A DNA stretch of 64,000 nucleotides from Bdellovibrio sp. (GTDB taxonomy: Bacteria; Bdellovibrionota; Bdellovibrionia; Bdellovibrionales; Bdellovibrionaceae): NCBI GenBank assembly GCA_036677065.1, contig JAKFBS010000001.1, positions 352,001-416,000 of the forward strand, read 5' to 3'. This document shows positions 19,347-29,412 of the stretch, in pieces. How positions within the stretch are numbered: the stretch's first letter is position 1; every line of letters starts with the position of its first letter. Below the pieces are notes generated by a model. The model made no database searches and was not told the origin of the DNA. It saw only the letters and a list, made by a program, of their open reading frames with translations. The position numbers were made by a program, and so were the translations under genes.

Positions 19347-20615
19347 ATGGCAGAACTGAATCGTACCCTGGGTATCCCGATGTTAACATTTTATGGAACC
19401 GGAATGATTCTAGGTGCAGGTATTTATTCGGTTATCGGCAAGGCCGCAGGTTTAACAGCTGAAAGCCTGTGGATAAGTTTTGTTCTGGCCTCAATTGTTG
19501 CCTTGTTAACAGCTTTTTCCTATTCAGAATTGGCAGCGATGTTCCCCAAAGCTGGGGCAGAATATATTTATCTGGGTAAAGCTTTTAAAAAACAAAAATG
19601 GTTTGCAGAAACGGTCGGCTTTGCCATGGCTTTTTCAGGAGCTGCCACGGCCGCAACTGTAGCACTGGCTTTTGCAGGGTATTTAAATCAGTTCGTCGAT
19701 GTTTCAAGCGCCGTGGTTGCACCAGTTTTATTAACTGCACTTACAGGAATTGCCCTTATTGGTATTCGCACTTCGGGGTGGGCGAATATTATTTTTACGC
19801 TGATTGAAATAGGCGGGCTTGGATTAATTATTTATTTAGGCTTACAAAATGAAAAATTTGGAGAAGCTCTTTCAGCAACTCCACATATGGGAACACTTTC
19901 TGGTGCCGCACTGATTATTTTTTCTTTTTTCGGTTTTGAAAATATTGTCAACCTTGCCGAAGAATCTAAAAAACCAGAAAAACATATTCCTAAAGCCATT
20001 TTTATCAGTGTTGGTATAGCGACAGTATTATATATCTTGGTCAGCTTTTCGGCGCTGGCGCTTCTGCCGACTGAAAAGCTAGCGCAAAGTAGTGCCGCAT
20101 TAATGTCAGTTGCTGAAGCCAGTTCTGCAAAAGCCGCAAGAGTGTTAGGAGCGATTGCTCTTTTTTCAACAGCGAATACAGCCTTAATTTCTATGATCGG
20201 CGCAAGCCGCATTCTCTATGGCATGGCCGGACAACATTCGTTGCCAGAAGTTATGGCTAAAGTGGCATCCACAAAAAAAACGCCATGGGTGGCCTCGTTA
20301 GTTGTTTTCATCACAGCCTTAGTTTTGTTACCACTCGGAAAAGTTGAAACAGTTGCCAGTGTCTCGGCCTTAGCTACGTTATTTGCTTTTATCGCGGTCA
20401 ATGTAACTTTGATTCGCTTGCGTTATATCGATGCCGATCGTGAAAGACCATTTCGTGTGCCGTTAAATATTGGTCAATTACCGGTACTGCCCGTATTAGG
20501 AATTTTATTATGCACAGCTTTTTTATTTCAATTTGAATCGACTGTGTATTTAGTTGGCGGATTATTTTTATCATTAAGCGCTGCTCTATTTGCGTGGCGC
20601 GGCCATCGCAAATAG
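19347..20615 (+). CDS. APC family amino acid permease
   Basis: GMILGAGIY, FFGFE...LAEE, RPFRVP; about 12 TM. Confidence 0.92.
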   Translation: MAELNRTLGIPMLTFYGTGMILGAGIYSVIGKAAGLTAESLWISFVLASIVALLTAFSYSELAAMFPKAGAEYIYLGKAFKKQKWFAETVGFAMAFSGAATAATVALAFAGYLNQFVDVSSAVVAPVLLTALTGIALIGIRTSGWANIIFTLIEIGGLGLIIYLGLQNEKFGEALSATPHMGTLSGAALIIFSFFGFENIVNLAEESKKPEKHIPKAIFISVGIATVLYILVSFSALALLPTEKLAQSSAALMSVAEASSAKAARVLGAIALFSTANTALISMIGASRILYGMAGQHSLPEVMAKVASTKKTPWVASLVVFITALVLLPLGKVETVASVSALATLFAFIAVNVTLIRLRYIDADRERPFRVPLNIGQLPVLPVLGILLCTAFLFQFESTVYLVGGLFLSLSAALFAWRGHRK

Positions 20616-20672
20616 AAAGCATTCTATTATGACTTTCTTGCGCGAAGTTTTTTAACGGGTATACTAAAAATT

Positions 20673-21116
20673 ATGAATGCATCAACGTTAGAAACAAAAC
20701 TTCACACAGAAATTCCACTAAGCCAGTTTATGCAGGTTAAAGTAATTCACGCTGATGAAAAACAAATTGAATTGCATTGTCCGTTAGGGCCAAACCATAA
20801 TCACGTGGGCACAGCGTTTGGTGGATCACTGGCAACGATGATGGTGCTAGCAGCTTATTGTCAGTTATTTAAAATAATTCATGAAACAGGGCATGTTTTA
20901 TTAAAAACATCGTCTATGAAATACATGATTCCGGTTGAAGAAACTCTGCGCGCGGTTTGTAATGCGCCCACTGAAGACCAGGTGCAAAAGTTTAAAGAAG
21001 CTTTTGCTAAAAAAGGTAAAGGCCGCTTAACTTTAACCAGTCAGATTGTATTAGCTGATGGCCGCGTAGCTTGCGAAATGACCGGCGAATTTGTAGGGGT
21101 TGGCGACGATGTCTAA
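20673..21116 (+). CDS. YiiD C-terminal-like thioesterase (hot-dog fold)
   Basis: IPLS..M, PN.NH.GTAFGGS. Confidence 0.88.
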   Translation: MNASTLETKLHTEIPLSQFMQVKVIHADEKQIELHCPLGPNHNHVGTAFGGSLATMMVLAAYCQLFKIIHETGHVLLKTSSMKYMIPVEETLRAVCNAPTEDQVQKFKEAFAKKGKGRLTLTSQIVLADGRVACEMTGEFVGVGDDV

Positions 21117-21471
21117 AGAAGAAATTTTAAAATTAGAACAACGATTAAACGAAGCAGATAGCAGCAAAGAAATCGATACTCGTCATATTTTAGAAGAATT
21201 ACTTGCACCCACGGCATTGATCGTAGGCCCTAAAGGTGAACTGTACGATAAAGCTTTTATCTTAAATGCGCATGGGCCAAAGCGTGTGCCGTTTGAAGCA
21301 GTGATCGTTGATGAGCTAAAAATCGAGACTTATCCAGATACAGCGATTGTGTATAGTCTGACGACTTATAAAACTAAAGAGCAGTCGTTTAGATTAAGAT
21401 TTTTTCGCGTTTGGAAAAAGTTAGATAACCAATGGAAAGTCGTTGGTGGTTCAACAACTATCGCGTCCTAG
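21109..21471 (+). CDS. NTF2-like (DUF4440) protein
   Basis: F.RVWKK....WKVV; ATG 21109 overlaps the upstream stop. Confidence 0.78.
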   Translation: MSKEEILKLEQRLNEADSSKEIDTRHILEELLAPTALIVGPKGELYDKAFILNAHGPKRVPFEAVIVDELKIETYPDTAIVYSLTTYKTKEQSFRLRFFRVWKKLDNQWKVVGGSTTIAS

Positions 21472-22876
21472 GTGGCGGGATAAGTTTCTTTTTGATTTGT
21501 TCTAAAACCTTTTCGGGGCTGCGCACGCGTAAGGTTACGCCATTTTCATTATAGCTTTCGCTTAAGACACGAAGTTTAGATCTGATTTCGCCGATAACAC
21601 CTTGAACTGTGTAAGGGATAAAAATATCTTCATCAACCATATCTGTTTCAAAGTAACTCATGATTTTATCACGCATGCGTTTTAAATCGTCTTTATCGCG
21701 TGTTGAAATCATAATCGCGTCTGGATATTCAACCATTAAGGCAGCAACTTCATCGGCACTTAAGTTATCGCGCTTATTTAAAACTAACAGACTTGGAATT
21801 TCGTCAGCGCCAACTTCGCTTAAAGTGCTTTTAGTCACTTCTAATTGCGAACGAAATGAAGCATCAGAACTATCTACAACGAATAATAATAACGAAGCGT
21901 TTAAAGCTTCATCTAATGTTGATTTAAACGAAGCCACAAGGTCATGCGGAAGTTTTTTAATAAAACCAACAGTATCAGATAATAAAACTTTAGGGCGTGT
22001 TTCAGGATAGATCGGGCGGATTGTCGTATCTAGTGTCGCAAATAACTTATCGGCCACGTAGATTTCACTGCCCGTCATTGCACGCATTAACGAAGATTTA
22101 CCGGCATTCGTGTAACCAACTAAAGCCACGCTGATTTCTTGGTCGCGGCGATTGCGGCGAATCTGATGTTGATTGCCGATAGCTTCTAATTCAGTTCTTA
22201 ATTCTTTAATACGATCACGAACTTTACGTTTATCTAATTCAATCGCGCTTTCGCCGACACCTTTACCGCCACCACCTTCACGATCTTCACCGCCACCAGT
22301 TTCGCGTAATCTTGGTCCTAAATACGTTAAACGGGCGATCTCGACCTGAAGACGAGCTGTTTTTGTTTTTGCATGGCGCGAGAAAATTTCGATAATTACA
22401 CCAGTGCGGTCAAAGACAGTAACACCAGTAGCGCTTTCTAAATTTCTGATTTGTGAGGGCGATAATTCAGTATCAACGATAACAATCTGGGCTGAATTTC
22501 TTTTTTCTTCCGGAATTAAATTATTAGCTTCTTCGCTTTCAGGTTCTGAAGACTCAGTCTCAAGAGTCTCTTCAGATTCTTCAGGCTGTTCTTTATTATC
22601 TAACCATTTCTGTTTTGCTTTGCTGACTTTAACATCTACAACTGAAGCCACTACGCCGGTGCCGTTGGTCCATTGCGCTAATTCTTTTAATTTGCCATCA
22701 CCTAAAACTGTCATCGTACGGTCGCTACTACGCTTTTGTGTGACTTGTCCAACGACATTATAACCAAGAGTTGTCACAAGGCGTGTTAACTCCTGAAGAG
22801 AGGCTTCAAGTTCTGCTGTAGAAACTTTCGGTAACTGAATGCCGACTAAGACTGCGCTTTTGACTGGTTTTTCCAT
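21458..22876 (-). CDS. hflX: Ribosome-splitting GTPase HflX
   Basis: ELSPSQIRNLE, DRTGVIIEIF, GYTNAGKS, LFATLD, DTVGFI, NKRD. Confidence 0.95.
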   Translation of the reverse strand: MEKPVKSAVLVGIQLPKVSTAELEASLQELTRLVTTLGYNVVGQVTQKRSSDRTMTVLGDGKLKELAQWTNGTGVVASVVDVKVSKAKQKWLDNKEQPEESEETLETESSEPESEEANNLIPEEKRNSAQIVIVDTELSPSQIRNLESATGVTVFDRTGVIIEIFSRHAKTKTARLQVEIARLTYLGPRLRETGGGEDREGGGGKGVGESAIELDKRKVRDRIKELRTELEAIGNQHQIRRNRRDQEISVALVGYTNAGKSSLMRAMTGSEIYVADKLFATLDTTIRPIYPETRPKVLLSDTVGFIKKLPHDLVASFKSTLDEALNASLLLFVVDSSDASFRSQLEVTKSTLSEVGADEIPSLLVLNKRDNLSADEVAALMVEYPDAIMISTRDKDDLKRMRDKIMSYFETDMVDEDIFIPYTVQGVIGEIRSKLRVLSESYNENGVTLRVRSPEKVLEQIKKKLIPPPRTR

Positions 22877-22879
22877 CGA

Positions 22880-24205
22880 CTACTTTTTTGCTGGATTGTA
22901 CGGTTTTGGCTTAAACTTCGGACGCTGAGATTTAGCACGTGGCGGAGCCGCAGGTTTTGCGGCTTTTGCTGCAGCAGATGCTTTTGCACCGGCTACAGTT
23001 TTTTTGCGTTTAATGCGCTTAGGTTTACGTAACTCTTCAGCCACATGTAAGCGTTTACCGGTTTTATCTTTAAAGCGCGCTTTTAAATCTTTTGCTGAAG
23101 CGCCTTTGCCTTCAAGCTTTGCGATTAATGCTAAATCACGCTCAGTCACTAAATTCACAACTAAACCCTGTCTGCCCGCACGTGCTGTACGACCGACGCG
23201 GTGAAGATAATTCGTTAGCTCTTCAGGTAAGTGATAATTAATAACGCGGCCTACGTAATCTAAATCTAAACCACGCGCTGCTAAATCAGTACAAACTAGT
23301 AAACTGACTTTGCCATCACGAAAAGATTTAAGATTTTGGCGACGTTCGCTTTTATCCATCTCGCCACGGTAAGAAAGACATTCGTAACCGTGTTGTGTCA
23401 GCTCATTAGTGATTTTATCAACTTGATCGCGAGTGTTGGCGAAAATAATTGTTCCACCTGCAGGCTTTTGTTTAATTAATTTTTCAAAAATCGGCCAACG
23501 TAAACCATCGATCACAGTTTCGTTTTTAGTTGTTAATGTTTTTACTACTTTGCCAGCTCCGCTTGATTTGATCACTTCAGCTTTAGCAAAGATCGTATTA
23601 ATTAAATCTTGAACCGTGTGTGAAACTGTCGCCGAAAATAAAGCTAACGATGTATCAGAACCACAAGAATTAACGATCATTTGTGATTCCGTTAAAAAAC
23701 CGTCATCTAACATTTGATCAGCTTCATCAAACACGATCATACGTACATCAGAAAAATTGATTAAACGTTTTTCTACTAACTGAGCCAAGCGACCTGGTGT
23801 AGCTAATAAAATTTCAAACGGAGCCGCAATGCTGCGACGACTTTGTTCAAAAGTTGTTCCGCCTAATACCGGGCGAACGCGTAAACGAGTATCATGGGTG
23901 TAGTTTTTAAAAACTTTTGAAACCTGTTCACCTAAATCACGCGACGGTACTAATACGATCGCACGTGGTGATGCAGGTTCAGTCACCGGGTTACCGTCAT
24001 TTTCTAAAGTCTTAGCCATATGCATAATTGGTAAAGCGTAAGTTAAAGTTTTACCGCTTCCAGTTTCTGAAACGCCAACAACTGATTGGCCTGACATCAA
24101 CATCGGGATCGCATATTTTTGGATCTCGGTCGGAGTATAAATTTTGTTAGCTTTTAACGTTTTCGTTAACGATGGCAATAAGCCAAATTCTGGAAATGTA
24201 TTCAT
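22880..24205 (-). CDS. DEAD-box RNA helicase
   Basis: PTEIQ Q-motif, ETGSGKT, DEAD, SAT, ARGLD, HRVGRTARAG; Lys/Ala-rich tail. Confidence 0.95.
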   Translation of the reverse strand: MNTFPEFGLLPSLTKTLKANKIYTPTEIQKYAIPMLMSGQSVVGVSETGSGKTLTYALPIMHMAKTLENDGNPVTEPASPRAIVLVPSRDLGEQVSKVFKNYTHDTRLRVRPVLGGTTFEQSRRSIAAPFEILLATPGRLAQLVEKRLINFSDVRMIVFDEADQMLDDGFLTESQMIVNSCGSDTSLALFSATVSHTVQDLINTIFAKAEVIKSSGAGKVVKTLTTKNETVIDGLRWPIFEKLIKQKPAGGTIIFANTRDQVDKITNELTQHGYECLSYRGEMDKSERRQNLKSFRDGKVSLLVCTDLAARGLDLDYVGRVINYHLPEELTNYLHRVGRTARAGRQGLVVNLVTERDLALIAKLEGKGASAKDLKARFKDKTGKRLHVAEELRKPKRIKRKKTVAGAKASAAAKAAKPAAPPRAKSQRPKFKPKPYNPAKK

Positions 24206-24333
24206 AGAGGCGGAGTGTATACGCGTAGCCCTCAATTTACCAAGTAAATAAGAGCTAACCTGTTAAAATTACCCGTAAATTTCGCTAAACTAGGGAGTTG
24301 TGAAAGCTCCATTTTGGCTCTACCATTTTAAGT

Positions 24334-25089
24334 ATGGATAAATCATATTACCACGCACATGAATCGGCTTATCAGCAAATAAAATCAAACGGTTACGTCG
24401 GTTGGGGCAATGCCAAGACGCTGAATGATTTAGGCGACGACATCACTAAACAGTATCTGCACGACACGGTTTTAAAGCATTTTCCCCAAACCGCGGGCAA
24501 AAAAGCTCTGGATATCGGGTGTGGCACAGGCACGACCGCATTTATGTTATCGCGCATGGGAATGGATGTAACGGGAATCGATATTTCTGAAACCGCCATC
24601 GCTATGGGAGAAGAACTTTCGCGCACTCAGGGTTTAAATATTAAATTTGTTGTGGGTGATGTGCTTCACCTGGATAAATTCAGTGAAAAGCTGAACCAGA
24701 AATTTGATTTAATTTATGATAGTCACTGTCTTCACTGCATCGTTTTTGATGAAGACCGCCAAAGTGTTTTAACGGGGGCTAAGAAATCTTTAGTTGATGG
24801 CGGAATTTTTGTTTTAGACACGATGGTTATGCCTGAAGTTCCGCATGATCCGGCTTCGGCTTATGGTACTTTGCGTTTTGATGAAGATTTTATTCTTTGG
24901 CATAAAACGAAATCTGCAAACATGAAAGGCGTAGTCGAAATCGACGGCCAAGCTTGGTGCGCTCAACGCCGAATTTATCCACCTCATGTGGTTATGGCCG
25001 AAGTTGCGAAAGCTGGTTTTGTGACGGTGTCGCACAGATTAGACGTACAAGAGAACGAACCTTCGATGCTTCGTTTAATTTTGAGGTAA
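24334..25089 (+). CDS. Class I SAM-dependent methyltransferase
   Basis: LDIGCGTG, GIDIS, FDLIYD..CLHCI. Confidence 0.9.
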   Translation: MDKSYYHAHESAYQQIKSNGYVGWGNAKTLNDLGDDITKQYLHDTVLKHFPQTAGKKALDIGCGTGTTAFMLSRMGMDVTGIDISETAIAMGEELSRTQGLNIKFVVGDVLHLDKFSEKLNQKFDLIYDSHCLHCIVFDEDRQSVLTGAKKSLVDGGIFVLDTMVMPEVPHDPASAYGTLRFDEDFILWHKTKSANMKGVVEIDGQAWCAQRRIYPPHVVMAEVAKAGFVTVSHRLDVQENEPSMLRLILR

Positions 25090-25144
25090 TTTGCCCTAGC
25101 TCCAGGTTTGCACATCATCTTTTTTCTAACTAAGGGAGAGATGT

Positions 25145-25270
25145 ATGCAATTACAGAAATTTATCGACAATGTTAATGGCCGTGTAGCAGTACCTATTAT
25201 TATGTGGATGCTGGGTGCGCCGTTAGGGCTTGTGATTTTACTTTGGTTTTTCTTCTTTCGTGGAAGATAG
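25145..25270 (+). CDS. Small membrane protein, 41 aa (not in ORF track)
   Basis: MQLQKFIDNVNGRVAVPIIMWMLGAPLGLVILLWFFFFRGR*; SD aagggag upstream, hairpin downstream. Confidence 0.7.
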   Translation: MQLQKFIDNVNGRVAVPIIMWMLGAPLGLVILLWFFFFRGR

Positions 25271-25279
25271 GCAACTACA

Positions 25280-25309
25280 TAGCTCACTACTTGTTACAGT
25301 AGTGAGCTA
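25280..25309. terminator. Hairpin between convergent genes
   Basis: TAGCTCACTACT-tgttac-AGTAGTGAGCTA, 12-bp perfect stem. Confidence 0.7.
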
Positions 25310-25316
25310 AATTTAT

Positions 25317-26186
25317 TTAGTGTCGCATTTCTAATTCAGAATGCATCACTTTAGCTTCGCCTAAGAACTTCACTAAGGCATTGTTCACTTCTTCTGCATG
25401 ACTTGCCAGTAATCCGTGTGGGCCACCGTCGATTTCAACATACTGACAGTTTGGTAACATTTCGCGAAGTCTGTGTGCAGTCACTTCGATCGGTGTGATT
25501 TTATCGCCGTTTCCGTGAATGACTAAACTTGGAATTTTAATTTTTGCTAGATCGCTTCTGAAATCTTCTAACCAGGCATCAATGCAATTTACTGTCGCAA
25601 TCGCTGAAGCTTCCATAGCTAGATTCCAGCTGAATTGAATAACGTCGTCACTGACATCTTTTGTGCCTAAGACGCCATGGCTGTAGAAATCTTTTAAAAA
25701 TCCTTTAATAAAAGTCGGGCGATCGGCAATGCATCTTCTAATCATGTCGTCGAATACTACTTTATTAACGCCGGCTTGATTGCCCTCGGTTTTTAGTAAT
25801 GCAGGTAGAATCCCTGAAATGAAAACGGCTTTTTCAATACGCTCGTCACCATACAATGAAATGTATCTGGCGATTTCGCCTGTACCCATAGAAAAACCAA
25901 CTAAGGTTACTTCAGATAAATTTAATTTTGCGATAATTTGATGTAAGTCATCAGCGAACGTATCGTAGTTGTATCCTGTTGCTGGTTTACTAGATTCGCC
26001 AAAACCGCGTCTGGCGTAACTAATTACGCGAAAGCCTTTTGCTAACAGTACGGCTTCTTGGTTTTCCCATGAGCGTTCGTTCAGTGGCCAACCATGAAGT
26101 AGAATAATTGGCTTACCTGTGCCGTGATCTTGATAGTGTAGATCGATGGTTGCTGAATTTTCTTTGCCGACTTCAATGTAATGCAT
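25317..26186 (-). CDS. Alpha/beta hydrolase (non-heme haloperoxidase/arylesterase-like)
   Basis: HGWPL, RRGFGES, GFSMG, HG..D, GGPHG; SD aaggag before ATG 26186. Confidence 0.92.
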   Translation of the reverse strand: MHYIEVGKENSATIDLHYQDHGTGKPIILLHGWPLNERSWENQEAVLLAKGFRVISYARRGFGESSKPATGYNYDTFADDLHQIIAKLNLSEVTLVGFSMGTGEIARYISLYGDERIEKAVFISGILPALLKTEGNQAGVNKVVFDDMIRRCIADRPTFIKGFLKDFYSHGVLGTKDVSDDVIQFSWNLAMEASAIATVNCIDAWLEDFRSDLAKIKIPSLVIHGNGDKITPIEVTAHRLREMLPNCQYVEIDGGPHGLLASHAEEVNNALVKFLGEAKVMHSELEMRH

Positions 26187-26264
26187 AAAGCTCTCCTTGG
26201 TTTTAAAACGCAAGAAGAGCTGCAAAAAGTATTCTTAATTAATCGGGGAGTGTTGCCCCAGAAA

Positions 26265-27218
26265 TTATTGTTTTAAGTAATCTTCGAGCTTATCAAATGA
26301 ACCAGTCCAACCTTGAGTCATGCCGCCTCTTTCTTTAAGGAATGCTGCAAGTTCTTCAGCAGAACATTTGCCGACGACTTCCCATTCGACCGTCACGCGA
26401 GTTTGATTCGGGCCTTCTTCGTGAAAAGTTACAGTAGATTGCATAGTCTCTGGCCAAGTAGGTGCACCGGGGTGACGAGAAACATTTTCTTTTTCATCGG
26501 CGAATTGTTGTGTGTACACAAGTCGATTCGGGCTTGTGATTTCTTTGTACTGAAGTGTTCCGTACATGGCAAAACCTTGGTCGTTTGACATTTTGTAGAA
26601 AGATTTACCACCTTCTTTAATTTCAGCGCGGATAAATTCCATGTTGAATCCAGTAGGTGCTAACCATTTTGAAAAATGATTTGGGTCAGTCCACATTTTA
26701 AACATGGTGTTCATATCAGTTTCAAAAGATCTGTTGATCACGAATACGTCTTTATTTTTTGTCTGTTTATCTAAGTATTCACCTAAGCGATCCCAAGTTG
26801 AGTTTCCGCCAGCGGCTTTGATGAATTTTTTAGTTTCTCTGGCGACTTCTTCAGTTGCCAGCGCCATAGTGAAGTCTAATTTGGTTTTACCGCCTTTTTC
26901 TTCGATGAAATTAACAGTTACGCGAAATAAGGGCGGGCGATCGTCATTGCCGCCGTGATCGTAAATTAAACGCGAATATTTTTCGATCACGTGATAGATC
27001 GTTTTATTTTCCCAATTTTTGCCATCTGGCCCGTGCATGGTGTAGGCCCAGTGGCCACCAGGCTTAAAATCTTTTGAATGTGTTGTTAACGTAAATCCGC
27101 GCGGGCCCCACCACTGCGCAACTTGTGCGGGGTCGTTGAAGACTTCCCATACAGTTTTTACTGGCGCATCGTAGATACGGGTTAAATAGATTTCATTGGG
27201 TTTATTTTTTGCGGCCAT
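26265..27218 (-). CDS. Tandem SRPBCC/AHA1 domain protein
   Basis: Two domains: WWGPRGF...STWDRL and W.AP.GF...GWTGSFDKL. Confidence 0.9.
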   Translation of the reverse strand: MAAKNKPNEIYLTRIYDAPVKTVWEVFNDPAQVAQWWGPRGFTLTTHSKDFKPGGHWAYTMHGPDGKNWENKTIYHVIEKYSRLIYDHGGNDDRPPLFRVTVNFIEEKGGKTKLDFTMALATEEVARETKKFIKAAGGNSTWDRLGEYLDKQTKNKDVFVINRSFETDMNTMFKMWTDPNHFSKWLAPTGFNMEFIRAEIKEGGKSFYKMSNDQGFAMYGTLQYKEITSPNRLVYTQQFADEKENVSRHPGAPTWPETMQSTVTFHEEGPNQTRVTVEWEVVGKCSAEELAAFLKERGGMTQGWTGSFDKLEDYLKQ

Positions 27219-27591
27219 GGTTTTTTCCCTTCGCGATTTTTTTCTTTTTTATGGTTTCTTTTTCTTTTGCGGTAACTGTTTTTAAATATTCACCTAAACG
27301 ATCTAAGCTTGCTTCCCAAAAAATGCGGTAGTGCTCCATCCAATCGGTCGCATCTTTTAGGGGTGCGCCATTTAATTTGCAAGGGCGGTACTGAGCGTCT
27401 CTGGTTTTGGTGACTAGCCCTGCATTTTCTAAAACTTTTAAATGCTTGGTAATGGCGGGTAGGCTCATCTCTTTTAGAAATGGTTTTGCTAAGTCAGATA
27501 CATTGGCTTCGCCCAGGGATAGTTTTGCCAATATCGCTCGGCGAGTTGGATCAGCCAGGGCCTGAAATGTTTGTGATAATTGATCGTGCAT
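27202..27591 (-). CDS. ArsR/SmtB family transcriptional regulator
   Basis: FQALADPTRRAIL, HLKVLENAGLV, W...LDRL. Confidence 0.93.
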   Translation of the reverse strand: MHDQLSQTFQALADPTRRAILAKLSLGEANVSDLAKPFLKEMSLPAITKHLKVLENAGLVTKTRDAQYRPCKLNGAPLKDATDWMEHYRIFWEASLDRLGEYLKTVTAKEKETIKKKKIAKGKNHGRKK

Positions 27592-27597
27592 CTTATT

Positions 27598-27629
27598 ATA
27601 CCTTTTGGTTAATTAACCATTTAGTTAAA
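27598..27629. promoter_or_regulatory. Putative ArsR autoregulatory operator (tandem imperfect palindromes)
   Basis: ATACCTTTTGGTTAA followed by TTAACCATTTAGTTAA immediately upstream of the ArsR start. Confidence 0.55.
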
Positions 27630-27728
27630 TATCGGACGAAATTATGCTAAAGTCAATAGCAGTTTTTATTTAAGCTGTAAGTGCTTGAAATGATTGAATA
27701 GTTTTAGATGGCGGGTAAGATAGCAGTT

Positions 27729-28619
27729 ATGAAAACGAACGACCTTATTCGACTTTTAAGCCTGGCTGCGATCTGGAGTGGCTCATTTATTTTTATCAAA
27801 GTTTTAGCACCTGTGCTTGGACCGGTTATGACCGCTTGCTTGCGTGTGTTAATTGCGGGGGCCGTTTTAAGTTTATATTTTTATATCATTAAATTCGATG
27901 TCGAGTGGCGCAAATACTGGAAACATTATTTTATTATCGGCATCGTGAATTCATCGATTCCATTTTTATTGTATGCGATTGCGGCGTTGTATATTCCGGC
28001 CTCGCTTTCGGTGATCTTAAATTCAAGCACTCCATTATTTTCTGCGATTTTTGCTGCCCTTTGGTTAAATGATAAATTAACACCGCGAAAAATCGCTGGA
28101 TTATTTTTAGGTATGACTGGTGTTGCATTTGTTGCGGTTAAAGAAGCGATCACGATTAGTGATTTTGGAATACTTGCAGCGCTTGCGTGTTTAGGAGCTG
28201 CGATTTGTTACGGTTTAGCAGGTATATATATTAAAAAATACACGCCATTTTTAAAACCGCTAGCTATTGCCGGAGCTTCGCAATTAGCTGCGGGGATTGT
28301 GTTGGTTCCGTTTATATTTTTTAGTCCAATTGTAGGTGAAGTGAATTTATCAGTGATTTTAAATATGTTAGCCCTGGCGCTTTTATGCAGTGGTGTAGCG
28401 TATATCTTATATTTTCGCTTAATTGCTGATGTTGGTCCGGTAAAAGCTGCGACGGTGCCAATGATTATGCCGGCATTCGGATTAGTGTGGGGCGTGATTT
28501 TTTTAAAAGAGATTATCACTATGCAAATGTTAATGGGCTGCTTGTTAATTATCGGTGGCTTGATTTTAGTTCTATTTAAAAAGAATAGCGAAAACCTAAA
28601 GCCAAACCATCGCCCGTAG
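27729..28619 (+). CDS. DMT/EamA family transporter
   Basis: IWSGSF, two EamA halves, ~10 TM; start 27708 or 27729. Confidence 0.92.
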   Translation: MKTNDLIRLLSLAAIWSGSFIFIKVLAPVLGPVMTACLRVLIAGAVLSLYFYIIKFDVEWRKYWKHYFIIGIVNSSIPFLLYAIAALYIPASLSVILNSSTPLFSAIFAALWLNDKLTPRKIAGLFLGMTGVAFVAVKEAITISDFGILAALACLGAAICYGLAGIYIKKYTPFLKPLAIAGASQLAAGIVLVPFIFFSPIVGEVNLSVILNMLALALLCSGVAYILYFRLIADVGPVKAATVPMIMPAFGLVWGVIFLKEIITMQMLMGCLLIIGGLILVLFKKNSENLKPNHRP

Positions 28620-29331
28620 GTAATGCGCTAAATTCAGAATTGGATTGCCGGTTTTCTTTTTTATTTTTATATCTTTGCGCCATACTAAACCCGTAACTTG
28701 CACCAATAGCTGCGCCGGCTAAGACATCATGAACATAATGGCGATTATCATTCATGCGACTGTAAGCTACACCTGTGGCCATGATGTAAGCGGGAATTCC
28801 CCAACTTGATCCATGCAGTTCATTTACAGTTGCGGCAAAAGCAAAAGCCCGTGTGGCGTGCGCCGAGGGAAATGATTGTTTATCACTTGGATCGCCCGGC
28901 CGTGGTTCTTGCACAGATTTTTTTAAAACATCAGTTACAATACTTGAATAGAGCGTGGCTTTTAACATCACCTTGGCAAATTCATGCGCTTCGGGGTCAG
29001 CTGCAAAAAAAGCATAGGCTTCCATACCGGCCATATATAAAATGCTTGGATACATTTGCCCGGCCGTATCGCCGTATTTACAATAAGAACCCATGGGCCT
29101 ATTTTTAACGGTTTCTTCTTGCAGCGGATAACTTGTGACATCGCGTGTAGCCACAAGGCCTGCAGAAAGCCCAAGGCCGCCGATAAGAATTTTTCTGCCG
29201 GTAAGATCGGTCCACGGTGCGATGAAATCATTTTTGACGTTAGCCCAGACAGTTTCTTCTTCGATTTGCGCAAAACAATTCTGGCAAATAAAAAGCAGAG
29301 TTAAAAAAATTATGAAAAAATTCTTACGCAT
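28576..29331 (-). CDS. PAP2 family phosphatase with signal peptide
   Basis: K-x6-RP (KKSVQEPRP), FPSAH, SR....RHY..D. Confidence 0.88.
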   Translation of the reverse strand: MRKNFFIIFLTLLFICQNCFAQIEEETVWANVKNDFIAPWTDLTGRKILIGGLGLSAGLVATRDVTSYPLQEETVKNRPMGSYCKYGDTAGQMYPSILYMAGMEAYAFFAADPEAHEFAKVMLKATLYSSIVTDVLKKSVQEPRPGDPSDKQSFPSAHATRAFAFAATVNELHGSSWGIPAYIMATGVAYSRMNDNRHYVHDVLAGAAIGASYGFSMAQRYKNKKENRQSNSEFSALPTGDGLALGFRYSF

Positions 29332-29412
29332 GAAGAATTAGTCTAACAAATCAGAGGCAAATTTTGTGATCTAGTTATGATCTAGTCTGTGAAGTAAAGT
29401 TTATTTTCTAAA

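Noticed and set aside
22880..23040. Lys/Ala/Pro-rich low-complexity stretch
   Set aside because: Ordinary basic tail of a DEAD-box helicase, not a DNA repeat.
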